Shown: positions 9,071-18,050 of the stretch, piece after piece
How positions within the stretch are numbered: position 1 is the first letter of the stretch
Layout of the letters: every line of letters begins with the position of its first letter
IMG/VR virus record: IMGVR_UViG_3300005663_000171
Span: 1-28,277 of that record
Source: a virus
Taxonomy: Duplodnaviria; Caudoviricetes
DNA length: 28,277 bases
Reading direction: 5' to 3' (one strand)
Notes under the pieces: model-generated
Seen by the model: the letters and a program-made list of their open reading frames with translations, nothing else
Database searches by the model: none
What the model was told of the DNA's origin: nothing
Made by a program: the position numbers and the translations under genes

Positions 9071-9979
9071 ATGCCACTAATATCTAAGATCCGATTGCGC
9101 TATCAGCGTCGTATCGGCTTTCCCGGCTACAGCCACCTAGAGCTGGAGATCGAGGAAGAAATTATCATTGAGGAAGGCGACACCCCCGAGTCTATCGAGA
9201 AGTTCGCTCTCTCCCGCATGGGGCTCGGCGTCAAGACAGAGATGCAGCCAGTGGTTGACCTTTACAGGACAGCGACGGGTGCAGTGCCAGTCGAGGTTAT
9301 CGACTCCCCGACCGACGCACTCAAAGCCGAGGCCGCAGCAAGTCGATCGGCTCGCGAGGCGAAGGAGAAGGCCAAGGCAGCCACAGGACAGCCCACCCTG
9401 GACGGTGTGCTTGACGAGCGCGAAGATCTGCCAACAGAGCGTGAGCCGGCCCGAGACATGCCAGTCTACAGCGAGGAAGGCAAGCGGATCCGGGGCATGG
9501 GTCAAAAGGCTTTCAAGATAGCAGAGATCAACGAGGCGTGGGAAGCGCTGGTAGCAGCAGAGATCGTGGACACCAAGCCGGATTACTCAAAAGGCGCAAA
9601 CCAAGATAGGCAGGACATCCGGGCATGGCTGAAAATGACTCCACTGGATCCTAAGTTTTCTAAGCCGGAGCTGGACATAGTGGTAGAGAGCTACGATAAG
9701 TGGCGGGGTCAGGGACTTACGACATCGGAAGCAATGTTGGAGGTAGGAAATGACTACATCGGAGTCTACGGATCAACTAGCGACGACAGCGATTCCAATA
9801 CTGGAAGCGGAAGTGAAGAAGCTGAGAGCGGCGAGGACGAAGATAAGCCAGTCGATCAAGGCGACGGAGGGACTGATCCTGATGTTGAGCCAGGAGAGTC
9901 CGGAGAACAGCCTGGAGGCGATAGCGAAGGCGACGGAGAACAGCCCGGAGGCGCCGAAGTCGAAGCCAAAACTGAGTGA
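9071..9979 (+). CDS. Hypothetical early protein with long acidic C-terminal tail
   Basis: GAGGA RBS; 302 aa; the last 76 codons overlap the next gene. Confidence 0.65.
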   Translation: MPLISKIRLRYQRRIGFPGYSHLELEIEEEIIIEEGDTPESIEKFALSRMGLGVKTEMQPVVDLYRTATGAVPVEVIDSPTDALKAEAAASRSAREAKEKAKAATGQPTLDGVLDEREDLPTEREPARDMPVYSEEGKRIRGMGQKAFKIAEINEAWEALVAAEIVDTKPDYSKGANQDRQDIRAWLKMTPLDPKFSKPELDIVVESYDKWRGQGLTTSEAMLEVGNDYIGVYGSTSDDSDSNTGSGSEEAESGEDEDKPVDQGDGGTDPDVEPGESGEQPGGDSEGDGEQPGGAEVEAKTE

Positions 9980-10277
9980 GCACCCAGCAATCCAGACCTA
10001 CCGGGACGTGTTCCACACGTACCCGAAGGTGCCAACCTACCCCACGATCATAGAGGCAGTGGGCGACAAGCCCGAAGATCTGGAGGTCTGGCGGGCGTGC
10101 TGCACCTTCTGGCTGGGTGTTGGCTGGAACCCCCAGAACATCACGGGCCAGCTCGAGCGCTTCAACCAAGAATGGCTGGACGCAGGACCGGGAGCGGCCC
10201 ATGAAGAAGTAATCGACGGCGTGCTATACAACGTCTATCCAGACGGGACACGAGAGCTTGCAACCGACTCTGATTGA
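9750..10277 (+). CDS. Replication initiator / DnaD-like domain protein
   Basis: GGAGGT RBS; N-terminal coiled coil; C-terminal HPAIQTYR...IIEAVG...W...W...GWNP.NI.G.L resembles DnaD-like domains; directly upstream of DnaB. Confidence 0.5.
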   Translation: MTTSESTDQLATTAIPILEAEVKKLRAARTKISQSIKATEGLILMLSQESPENSLEAIAKATENSPEAPKSKPKLSEHPAIQTYRDVFHTYPKVPTYPTIIEAVGDKPEDLEVWRACCTFWLGVGWNPQNITGQLERFNQEWLDAGPGAAHEEVIDGVLYNVYPDGTRELATDSD

Positions 10278-11535
10278 CCACGATGCTGAGCTGGCGCTGA
10301 TAGGTGCTGCCCTGATGGGCACCGTCTCGCCGGCAGGTCCCGAGGTATTCAACAACAGCCTGCACCGTGACATCTGGCGCCGGGTCAAGGAGCTGGAGCT
10401 ACGGGGCGAGCCGATCGACCTGCTCACTGTTGGAGAGCACAGCGCCGACTGGTACTCCACGCTGACCAAAGCAGCGGCGTCCGTTCCATCCCTTATGCAC
10501 GTCGACACCTACACAAGTAGACTGGGCGACCTAGCCGCCCGGCGCAGTTTCATTCGTGCGAGCGAGATTGCTGTAAAAGAGATCTACAACACCCAGGACA
10601 ACACCCTTGACGCAGTGCTGGGGCGGCACTACTCGAGGACGTCGGGCATAGCGCACGGAGATCTCGGGGGCGCCCGACTTCTGGATGTTGGCCATGTGGT
10701 AGACAGCACCGTGGCGGCACTAGCGGAACCGCAGGACGTGTGGGGCATTAGGACCGGCTTCAACGAGATTGACATCGAGCTGGGTGGGCTGCACCCTGGC
10801 GAGAGCCTGATCCTGGCCGGCATGCCTGGCGCCGGCAAATCAATGCTCACTACACAGCTATGCTTTCAGATGGCAGGAGTTGAATTCTGGCCCATGCAGG
10901 CGCTGTCCGACCCAGTGCCAGGGGCCATGTTTCAAATGGAGATGAAGGAGCCGGCCATCATACGGCGGGCAGCCTGTGGAATCGCACGAGTCAGCCAGCG
11001 CAGAGTGATGACCGGCAAGCTGGACGGTAGAGAGCAAGACAGGTTTATGGCCGCACTCGAGACCATCGCCAAGGCGCCTGTATATATCTCCGACCGGACT
11101 GACTGGGACACGCCCAGGCTAACGGTAGAGGTAGCCGGCCTCATGCGTGACCACGGCATTCGGTGGGTGCTTGTAGACTACGCCAGTCTCTTGAAAGATC
11201 AGTCGGAGAGCGAGATAGGGAGGGAGCGCAAAATATCCCAAGGGCTCGCAGACATGGCAAAGCTGGGGGTAGCAGTGATTGCAGTTGAGCAGCTCAACAA
11301 GAGTAAAAAGTTATACGGTAGTATACAAAAAGCATACGATGCTGACGTCATTCTAATGTTGACAGGGGTGGGCGGGAAAGACACACCAAAAGACAAGCGT
11401 CGGATCAAGGTCGAGAAGGCCAGGGAGGCAGACCGATCGCTCCAGTTCTACATGAAATTGGTGGGTGCGCAGAAGCGTTTTGAGCCATGGGAAGACGCAC
11501 CGGAAGTGGTGGACGTTGAAGAAGTCCCGTTCTAG
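10258..11535 (+). CDS. dnaB: Replicative DnaB-like helicase
   Basis: N-terminal DAELALIGAAL...F...HRDIW...PIDLLTV; TGF..ID..LGG; Walker A AGMPGAGKS; FQMEM; VDY; QLN; DAD; KAR. Confidence 0.92.
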   Translation: MQPTLIDHDAELALIGAALMGTVSPAGPEVFNNSLHRDIWRRVKELELRGEPIDLLTVGEHSADWYSTLTKAAASVPSLMHVDTYTSRLGDLAARRSFIRASEIAVKEIYNTQDNTLDAVLGRHYSRTSGIAHGDLGGARLLDVGHVVDSTVAALAEPQDVWGIRTGFNEIDIELGGLHPGESLILAGMPGAGKSMLTTQLCFQMAGVEFWPMQALSDPVPGAMFQMEMKEPAIIRRAACGIARVSQRRVMTGKLDGREQDRFMAALETIAKAPVYISDRTDWDTPRLTVEVAGLMRDHGIRWVLVDYASLLKDQSESEIGRERKISQGLADMAKLGVAVIAVEQLNKSKKLYGSIQKAYDADVILMLTGVGGKDTPKDKRRIKVEKAREADRSLQFYMKLVGAQKRFEPWEDAPEVVDVEEVPF

Positions 11536-11557
11536 GGAGGGCTGGTACGGCTGGAGT

Positions 11558-11794
11558 GTGGACAAACTGGCAGAAAGTAGCTATCTCGACCGGGTAATGC
11601 TATCATTCTGGGACGAAGCTCAGTACCACGAGTTCAACAAAAGACACCGAGGGCAGTACACAATAATCCACACCTTGAATAACCCGACAAACGAGAGGTT
11701 CCACGTCTGGGTGGAGAAGAACAAATCGGCATCGTGGGTGACAAACCACAACAAGGGACAAAGGAGCCACAGTGTCAGAGTCAAGAAAATCTAA
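11558..11794 (+). CDS. Hypothetical protein
   Basis: Fills the gap after dnaB; GTG start near GGAG; start uncertain. Confidence 0.45.
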   Translation: MDKLAESSYLDRVMLSFWDEAQYHEFNKRHRGQYTIIHTLNNPTNERFHVWVEKNKSASWVTNHNKGQRSHSVRVKKI

Positions 11795-12272
11795 ACTCAA
11801 GGTCAGCGAGATCGTCAGCCTGGCCGGGCTGCTCCTCGGCATTGTTGTCCTGCTGTCGATGGTTGGCATGCTTGTCGGCCCTCGGCTCTGGGAGATGTAC
11901 GGGCCTGCAACCCCTACGCATGAGCCTGAGTGGAGAGACATCCGGCAGATCTACACTCCCTCCGATACGATGGTGGGGTGTGTGGACACCACGCTGCAGC
12001 TAGGCCCTGCCCAAGAGAAGCTCTACTTCTACTCGGCAATGTCAGTGGCGCTGGAGATGGACCTGATACCCGGCATGAGCGAGAAAGAAAACCTTGATGA
12101 TTTCCGGGTTGCGTGGATCTGGAGCTCAGAAGAAGGGCTCAAGTACGCCCTAGTAGTAGAGGGTGCAGTGGCACTGGAATTTGAGCTACTGTGCACAATC
12201 CCCAACGAGGACAACAGCGGCCCCGGCTTGATAGTATTTGAATCCGTGGAGATAAAGACCCTTGATAGATAG
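11772..12272 (+). CDS. Hypothetical membrane-anchored protein
   Basis: AAGGAG RBS; N-terminal basic residues followed by a TM helix. Confidence 0.65.
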   Translation: MSESRKSKLKVSEIVSLAGLLLGIVVLLSMVGMLVGPRLWEMYGPATPTHEPEWRDIRQIYTPSDTMVGCVDTTLQLGPAQEKLYFYSAMSVALEMDLIPGMSEKENLDDFRVAWIWSSEEGLKYALVVEGAVALEFELLCTIPNEDNSGPGLIVFESVEIKTLDR

Positions 12273-13146
12273 AATCCTTGCTGTATTTTCAGACTTGCAT
12301 GGTGGACACAAGCTGGGACTGATGGTTCCAGGTACGAAGGTCGTCGACGAGAGCCTGGTTCAGACCGATTGGGGGGTGTTCACAGACACCACAGAGCGGG
12401 CGCTGCATCAGAATCCCGTGCAGGTCTTCCTAGCTGACACCTACCGAGAGCATCTAATCTGGCTGCACAAACTAGCCAATGGCCGACCCATTGACGTAAA
12501 GATAAATGGTGACATCACGCAAGGCCGGAAGTACGTGCGAGAGTGGGTGAGCACCAGGGAAGCAGATCAATTCACCATTGCCTACTACTTCCTAAAGATG
12601 CTGCTCGAGCTGCCCACCGTAGCGAGCTTCGGGTTCATCGCCGGCACACCCAGCCACGAGATGGAGGAGATGACAGCTCCGATAATCCTTCGTGAGCGGT
12701 TGCAGGCCGAGACCGAGATCCCCATAAAAATAGCCAACCACTCGCTCGTGACAATCAACGGCACTGTATGGGACATGGCACATCACGGCCCTATCCCTGG
12801 CGGTCGACGCTGGCTCGAGGGCAACGGGCTGCGCTGGTACATGAACGACATGCAGCAGCGTGAGCTCGATCTTGGCCGCACACCTCCGGACTGGGTGGTG
12901 CGCTCGCACTACCACACCCTGGCTCATGCAACATCTGACTATCGAAAGGCCACCACACTCTATAAGACGCAGGGAATCTTGACCCCTGGCTACACAGGGA
13001 TGGACGGCTATGGCCACCAGGCCACCCGGAGCAAGTACGAGGTACATGTAGGGATGGTAGCCTGGGAGATCGACGCCAACGGCAACACACAGCTCCGACC
13101 CAAATTCAAGATCATCGACACCCGACACAGGGAGGTAATAGAGTGA
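12262..13146 (+). CDS. Calcineurin-like metallophosphoesterase
   Basis: SDLHGG, NGDI, GTPSHE, AHHG and RSHYH metal-binding motifs. Confidence 0.8.
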   Translation: MIDRILAVFSDLHGGHKLGLMVPGTKVVDESLVQTDWGVFTDTTERALHQNPVQVFLADTYREHLIWLHKLANGRPIDVKINGDITQGRKYVREWVSTREADQFTIAYYFLKMLLELPTVASFGFIAGTPSHEMEEMTAPIILRERLQAETEIPIKIANHSLVTINGTVWDMAHHGPIPGGRRWLEGNGLRWYMNDMQQRELDLGRTPPDWVVRSHYHTLAHATSDYRKATTLYKTQGILTPGYTGMDGYGHQATRSKYEVHVGMVAWEIDANGNTQLRPKFKIIDTRHREVIE

Positions 13147-13451
13147 GCCAAGAGAGCATGTTTGCTGCCATCGAGAAGGTAATGGCAGAGCGGGTAGGAA
13201 AAACAGGGGGGTACACAGTACCCGACAAGGTACTAGACGTGCTGAGTGTGTCACCCGAGCCTATGTCGTCTAGGGAGATAAAGCTGGTGCTTATGAGGCT
13301 GAAACAAGCCCACAGTCAAACAACAATATCGACAGCCGTAGGAGGTCTGATAGACCTGGGCAAGATAGAGTTTGTGGGCAAGGCGCAAAGAACGGTCAGG
13401 CAAACGGTCCATACGGTCGGCGTCTACAGAGCAGTGACCAAAGATGCCTAA
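13143..13451 (+). CDS. Winged-helix DNA-binding protein
   Basis: VLDVL...PMSSREIK...TTISTAVGGLIDLGKIE followed by a wing. Confidence 0.6.
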   Translation: MSQESMFAAIEKVMAERVGKTGGYTVPDKVLDVLSVSPEPMSSREIKLVLMRLKQAHSQTTISTAVGGLIDLGKIEFVGKAQRTVRQTVHTVGVYRAVTKDA

Positions 13452-13758
13452 GAAGATCAAGACCACCGCAGCCGACCGTAAGTGGGCCAAGCTCATCAAA
13501 GAGCGGGACCATTGGGCGTGTCAGCGATGTGGAACTGTCTACCCAAAGAAGTCCCGAGGGTTACACGCCGCTCACATATTCTCCCGTCGATTCAAGCGCA
13601 CTCGCCACGACCCTATCAACGGGGTGGCTCTTTGCTTCGGCTGTCATGCACACTTCCACAGTAACCCGATAGAGTTTATGGCGTGGGCAGAGGAGCACCT
13701 GGGCGAGCGCACATTCAAAGAGCTGATGGGTAAAGCACGCAAACTTGCGGTCAACTGA
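13444..13758 (+). CDS. NinG/Rap-like HNH endonuclease
   Basis: IKERD..CQRCG...AAHIFSRR...TR.D..N..ALC..CH..FH.NP. Confidence 0.8.
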   Translation: MPKKIKTTAADRKWAKLIKERDHWACQRCGTVYPKKSRGLHAAHIFSRRFKRTRHDPINGVALCFGCHAHFHSNPIEFMAWAEEHLGERTFKELMGKARKLAVN

Positions 13759-13829
13759 GCCCCACGCCGGATTGCTTATGGGGACCCCGCTGCCTCGACC
13801 CAGCGGCCCATCGGTTCCGGCGTGCGGCT
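13758..13829 (+). other. Long imperfect intergenic hairpin (about 72 nt)
   Basis: Nested stems CACGCCGGA/TCCGGCGTG, ATGGG/CCCAT and CCGCTG/CAGCGG. Confidence 0.65.
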
Positions 13830-13840
13830 GAGAGGATCGC

Positions 13841-14101
13841 ATGGAAAACAACTTAGTACTTCAAGGACGCAAGACAGGAAACAAGCGCAAGCACATGAGC
13901 GTGCGCCAGCGTCTCAAGCACACCATAAGGGTAGCGGACAGTCTCAATCAGCTACTGGGTGCAGCCAACAGGAAGATGGTGGAGCAGCATGCAGAGATCC
14001 AGACAGCTCGCTACGCAGCCAAGTGGTATCGAGAGCGCTGGATATTCACGATGATTGCCCTCATCATAGTGTTCGGGGTGGTGGCTCTTGTCCTGGTCTA
14101 A
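13841..14101 (+). CDS. Hypothetical coiled-coil protein with C-terminal TM helix
   Basis: GAGGA RBS; hydrophobic C-terminus. Confidence 0.6.
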   Translation: MENNLVLQGRKTGNKRKHMSVRQRLKHTIRVADSLNQLLGAANRKMVEQHAEIQTARYAAKWYRERWIFTMIALIIVFGVVALVLV

Positions 14102-14333
14102 AGAAGACATAGAGCTATTGAAACAAAACACCGTCGAGGTCTGCCCGAATCCAGAGCGGACCATCATCCAATCCAAAAGGTTTGGGCTGGGGGTCTACGA
14201 CCCCTCGATAGGAGAGCTAGGTTTTCCGGCACAGAAAGTGGTGGTCATTCCGGCACTCCACGCCTTCTCGTACACAGGGCGGCCAGGTCACATCCACGAC
14301 TTCCGATTTCGTATATCACTCAACATGAACTGA
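14088..14333 (+). CDS. Hypothetical protein
   Basis: Fills the gap; TTG start; overlaps the previous gene. Confidence 0.4.
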   Translation: MSWSKEDIELLKQNTVEVCPNPERTIIQSKRFGLGVYDPSIGELGFPAQKVVVIPALHAFSYTGRPGHIHDFRFRISLNMN

Positions 14334-14340
14334 GGGTACA

Positions 14341-14577
14341 ATGGCGATCGATTATGCGGAGAGACTTGAGATGGCGATAACAAGCAAGACGGTGAGCAGG
14401 CTATACTTTGCAGCACTAGAACTACTGGAAGCCTTGGACGAAGCGGGAATAGCAGTGCTACCCGACGAGATAGTGTTGCAGGAGCCCGAGCTAGAGAGCG
14501 TGGAGAGACTGCGCACGGCCGTCGAGGCGTACCAGGGAGAGGAACTGACCAACAGTGGAAGTGACAATAAAGACTAG
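14341..14577 (+). CDS. Hypothetical protein
   Basis: GAGGG RBS; helical and acidic. Confidence 0.6.
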   Translation: MAIDYAERLEMAITSKTVSRLYFAALELLEALDEAGIAVLPDEIVLQEPELESVERLRTAVEAYQGEELTNSGSDNKD

Positions 14578-15127
14578 CGATATTGACACTTGGGATACAG
14601 GGGTGTCCGTAGGGACAGACCTGAAAGAAAACCTTGACACCGTACACATGAGCCTTGGGGTGCTAGGTCTGCATCTGTGCCCGATCAGGAAGGCCGGCGG
14701 CCAGGACCCAGAGAACCAAAGCCAGACCGTCACAGCATTAGCTAAGGCGATCGGCATTGATCGCTCGTGGCTCTCCAATGCAATATCAAATGCCCAATTT
14801 TATGCTGGGCACTACGAAGACGTCCCTCCACAGGCCACCATCGGACAGCTCAACCGAGGCCGCAAGCTGACGGGGTGGACAACCAAGCTCGACAAACCCC
14901 CAACCAAAACGCAAATCAAGAAAGCCATGAAGTACTTGGAGGGCGAGGTAGACGAGCCGGCCAAGGTGTCACCTACCGCCATAGCGTACGTGCGTGGCGC
15001 CAGGGGCAAGCTAGTCAGGGCGCTCGAGCACGATGACCCGCTAACACCCCAAGAAGTGACTAGCGTAGAGCAGGCTAAGGATGAGCTCGACATAGTAGAC
15101 AGCCACTACGAAAGCGAGGACGAATGA
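14555..15127 (+). CDS. Hypothetical HTH-containing protein
   Basis: TVTALAKAIGIDRSWLSNA HTH-like segment. Confidence 0.55.
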   Translation: MEVTIKTSDIDTWDTGVSVGTDLKENLDTVHMSLGVLGLHLCPIRKAGGQDPENQSQTVTALAKAIGIDRSWLSNAISNAQFYAGHYEDVPPQATIGQLNRGRKLTGWTTKLDKPPTKTQIKKAMKYLEGEVDEPAKVSPTAIAYVRGARGKLVRALEHDDPLTPQEVTSVEQAKDELDIVDSHYESEDE

Positions 15128-15225
15128 TGGGTGAAATGAGTCTGTGGATGCGCCTTAGAGGATGGGTTGCACGTTGCGTCTACCCCGAAATCTTCGAGTG
15201 GTACTACGAGAGCGAGGACGAATGA
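15105..15225 (+). repeat. 23-bp direct repeat pair (15105-15127 and 15203-15225)
   Basis: ACTACGA[A/G]AGCGAGGACGAATGA, one mismatch. Confidence 0.9.
15124..15225 (+). CDS. 33-aa mini-gene MMGEMSLWMRLRGWVARCVYPEIFEWYYESEDE
   Basis: GAGG RBS; ATGA start/stop coupling at both ends; below the ORF-track length cutoff. Confidence 0.55.
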   Translation: MMGEMSLWMRLRGWVARCVYPEIFEWYYESEDE

Positions 15226-15974
15226 AGGCTGAGAGAGTTCATCCTTTAGTAGAGCCACCAAAGAAAGGCGACAAGGAACCCGTCACCGACCTGGATCGCC
15301 AGATCTGGTGGTTTATGGGGCTGCCTTCCACGAACCACTGGCACATGACGAAGATGTGTATGCGGATCGCCAGGTGGACACCGACGCACTGGACGATGCT
15401 CGAGTCCCCGCCTCTCAAAGTCAACAGGCTTCGGCGGGAGATGATAAAGTTCTTTATGAAGAAGTCGAAGAACCCGAAAGACACACTGGTAATGCTGGAC
15501 ATTGATCACCTGCACCCCAACACTGTAGTAAAGGATCTGGTGGGCGACGGCCAGTTCCCGATACACTGTGCTCTGACCTTCAAGCGAGCCCCCACCCTGC
15601 CGGTTCCTATGGCGATGGACTACATCAACGGATGGGAATCGAGCCCTGCCATGTGCTCGCAGTTCACACCTGGCGAGGTCTTGAAGTGCGATCGAGGGGG
15701 CACAGGAGCAATAGCCATTCAGCGCCAGGTATTCGACGCGATCATAGCGCTAGGCTACCCCATTGAAAAGATGTTTATCTACAAAGACGGAGAGGACTGC
15801 GACAAGTGGTTCGCTCGACTGTGCACTCAGGCCGGGTTCAAGCAATATGTCAACACGGCAATCGAAAGCCCTCACTTCTCCGACGTGCCGGAATATATCA
15901 ACTCTGAAATGTGGGACAAGTGGGCAAAAGAGAAAGGACACGGAGGGATAGTCAGAGATGCTGAACATACATGA
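15222..15974 (+). CDS. GT-A fold glycosyltransferase (GT2-like)
   Basis: R...IK.F...LVMLDID (DxD); GTGAIAI.R.VF; GED..F...AGFK.YVNT.I...H. Confidence 0.75.
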   Translation: MKAERVHPLVEPPKKGDKEPVTDLDRQIWWFMGLPSTNHWHMTKMCMRIARWTPTHWTMLESPPLKVNRLRREMIKFFMKKSKNPKDTLVMLDIDHLHPNTVVKDLVGDGQFPIHCALTFKRAPTLPVPMAMDYINGWESSPAMCSQFTPGEVLKCDRGGTGAIAIQRQVFDAIIALGYPIEKMFIYKDGEDCDKWFARLCTQAGFKQYVNTAIESPHFSDVPEYINSEMWDKWAKEKGHGGIVRDAEHT

Positions 15975-16503
15975 GATCAGAAGGTATATTGGTGTCGTCG
16001 TACTGCTGGCGGCAATCGAGATCGTCGTACTGGCCGTGATGATGGCCGGGATATGGAGGTTGGCAGATGGAATGGAGAACACAAACACCGTTCTACTGGG
16101 TCCGGTCGGGGTATCTGGTGGATGCTGCATCCTACGGTGCGAAAACGCTGGCGAACCTGCGGCTGATGTACGATATCCTACAGTCACACCTACTCCTGCC
16201 GCTTGCCAGGTGGATACCGCAACACCGGGGGTCGCGAGTACAGATACACCCGATCAGCCCACTCCACAAGCGACTCCGACTTCAACTGCGTTACCCGAAC
16301 CTGAACCTACCGCTACCTCGGTGGCAACTTCATCGCCTGTTCCAAGCTCAACACCCAACCCTGACCCTGCCGCTACGAACGAGCCTGACCCTACGGCGAA
16401 ACCGAAGTGTAACCATGGCGGAGGCAATGGGTCCGAGGGCTGCGATCCAGGGCGAGACCCAACCCAGGCGAACAACGATGGAGACCACACACCTGAGCCA
16501 TGA
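15958..16503 (+). CDS. Membrane-anchored/secreted Pro/Thr-rich protein
   Basis: N-terminal TM helix; long PT/PS linker; C-terminal CNHGGGNGSEGCDPG. Confidence 0.65.
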   Translation: MLNIHEIRRYIGVVVLLAAIEIVVLAVMMAGIWRLADGMENTNTVLLGPVGVSGGCCILRCENAGEPAADVRYPTVTPTPAACQVDTATPGVASTDTPDQPTPQATPTSTALPEPEPTATSVATSSPVPSSTPNPDPAATNEPDPTAKPKCNHGGGNGSEGCDPGRDPTQANNDGDHTPEP

Positions 16504-16568
16504 AAATAGCATAAGGGCCGCCAGTCGCAGGGTATCTGGCTTAGCAATGCACTTGAGGGAGTTCGAGC

Positions 16569-16991
16569 ATGACCAAGTTCGATCCGCCAAACTTCATTAT
16601 CAAGAAGGGCTACGAGGATCAGGACCTCGGGCTCAAGGGCGGGCCAGTCAAGGAAGACACCCGGAGCTGGAGGGAGAAGGCCGGCAAGAGGCGGTCATTC
16701 GGGAGTCCCAGTGGCGGCTGGCCAGAGTTCGACAAGGGAGGTAACGTGGTAAAGAGACGAACGGATCCGGCGCCAGTAGAGAGCAAGACCCCCAAGGGTT
16801 ATGCGTATGTCTGTTTCCTCTGCGCTGATGAGGCCGGGATGGCTGATGAGTTCAACATCATGCAGTCGGCCCTATTGCTGGGCACCTGTGACGTGTGCGG
16901 CAAAGAGAACGTCAGTCGCATGGGCACAGAGGCGGCACGCTACCAGGCTCTGCTCGATCAAATAGGCATCGACAGTGGCGACACTGCCTAG
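16569..16991 (+). CDS. Hypothetical protein with CxxC...CxxC zinc ribbon
   Basis: CFLC and CDVC; GGGAG RBS. Confidence 0.55.
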   Translation: MTKFDPPNFIIKKGYEDQDLGLKGGPVKEDTRSWREKAGKRRSFGSPSGGWPEFDKGGNVVKRRTDPAPVESKTPKGYAYVCFLCADEAGMADEFNIMQSALLLGTCDVCGKENVSRMGTEAARYQALLDQIGIDSGDTA

Positions 16992-17265
16992 CGGTCGCTA
17001 CGTAATTGTCGACACGAGCGATGCGTACGTGCGGGGAGCCCTAGTAGACTCCCTGCGCTTCAAGGCCGAGCTCGACGACGGGGTATACCCGAAAGGGACT
17101 ATTATCGAGCACGTACTGAGTGGCAAGATTTTCGTGGTTGACATAACAGCCCAACTATACCCGTTCGGGGCACTTACAACGATACAGAAGGACCGAGCCG
17201 AGAGATACCGAGCGCAGCACTGGCCCAATCCAAAACATCGGCCCAAGCCCAGGCGCCGGAAGTAG
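16975..17265 (+). CDS. Hypothetical protein
   Basis: Overlapping GTG start; basic C-terminus. Confidence 0.55.
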   Translation: MATLPSGRYVIVDTSDAYVRGALVDSLRFKAELDDGVYPKGTIIEHVLSGKIFVVDITAQLYPFGALTTIQKDRAERYRAQHWPNPKHRPKPRRRK

Positions 17266-17291
17266 CGCCCACGTCGTACTTGTGCGATAAT
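17262..17291 (+). promoter_or_regulatory. Putative phage late promoter B (GTAGCG-N18-GATAAT, TG-extended)
   Basis: Intergenic, upstream of the holin-like gene; shared motif. Confidence 0.55.
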
Positions 17292-17318
17292 GGGCAGACA
17301 ACAAAAGGAGAGCGGTAC

Positions 17319-17960
17319 ATGGACACAATAGTAGGGTTTCTGCAATCACTTCCGAACGTGCTAGGTCCAGTCATCTCGACGGGTATGGGGCTCATCGTCC
17401 TAGATCTGGGGCTGGGAGTAGCAATCGCACTGCGTAAGGGTGTGTTCCAGTGGGAGAAGACCATTATCTTCTACCGCACCAACGTATTTCCCTTCGGTAT
17501 AGCGGCTATTGTCATTGCCGCTGCAGCGCAGTTTATCAGCGCAGATGTACTACCGGCATACCTCGCAGATCCAATCGCTGACCTGGGCACCCTGATAGGT
17601 GTGGGCCCCATGTTTGCTTACCTGGTATTGGGATCGATCATCCCTAATGTTCGAGCACTGGTGCTCGGCAAGTACAAGTGGGAGATCCAGTTCCCGGCCA
17701 TCGCTGCACTTGACGATGCAGACAAAGAGGCAGTACCGCAGCCATCAGAAGGATGGGTAGAGGCTAACGAGAAGGCGGCCGTGGCTCCAGCGTACGAGGG
17801 GCCATTGCCCGGAGCAGTGGTTGCAGCGTCATTGCCCGATGACGCAGTGGACATAGCTGCCTTGAATGAAGACGGCACGGCAGTCGACCGCTACGATCCA
17901 GAGACATTGAACCATGTTGGATCAGAGAGCGTCCCCCCAAAAGCTGGGGCGGATCTCTAA
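17319..17960 (+). CDS. Holin-like multi-pass membrane protein with acidic tail
   Basis: AAGGAG RBS; LIVLDLGLGVAIALRKGVF.W pattern typical of phage holins; three TM segments. Confidence 0.6.
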   Translation: MDTIVGFLQSLPNVLGPVISTGMGLIVLDLGLGVAIALRKGVFQWEKTIIFYRTNVFPFGIAAIVIAAAAQFISADVLPAYLADPIADLGTLIGVGPMFAYLVLGSIIPNVRALVLGKYKWEIQFPAIAALDDADKEAVPQPSEGWVEANEKAAVAPAYEGPLPGAVVAASLPDDAVDIAALNEDGTAVDRYDPETLNHVGSESVPPKAGADL

Positions 17961-17995
17961 GAACACGAGGTAAGCGCACCAAGTAGTGTGAGACC

Positions 17996-18046
17996 GTGGG
18001 CTCGGACGCCCCTTTGTCAGGGCCCGAGCCCACTCCAAAGGGAGGT
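17996..18046 (+). promoter_or_regulatory. Structured 5' leader with anti-SD potential
   Basis: Perfect 10-bp stem GTGGGCTCGG/CCGAGCCCAC; loop CCCTTTG is complementary to CAAAGGG, which overlaps the SD GGAGGT. Confidence 0.45.
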
Positions 18047-18050
18047 AGAC

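Noticed and set aside
15105-15225. Repeat pair as a mini-CRISPR array
   Set aside because: Only two non-palindromic copies, a 75-nt coding spacer, and no cas genes.
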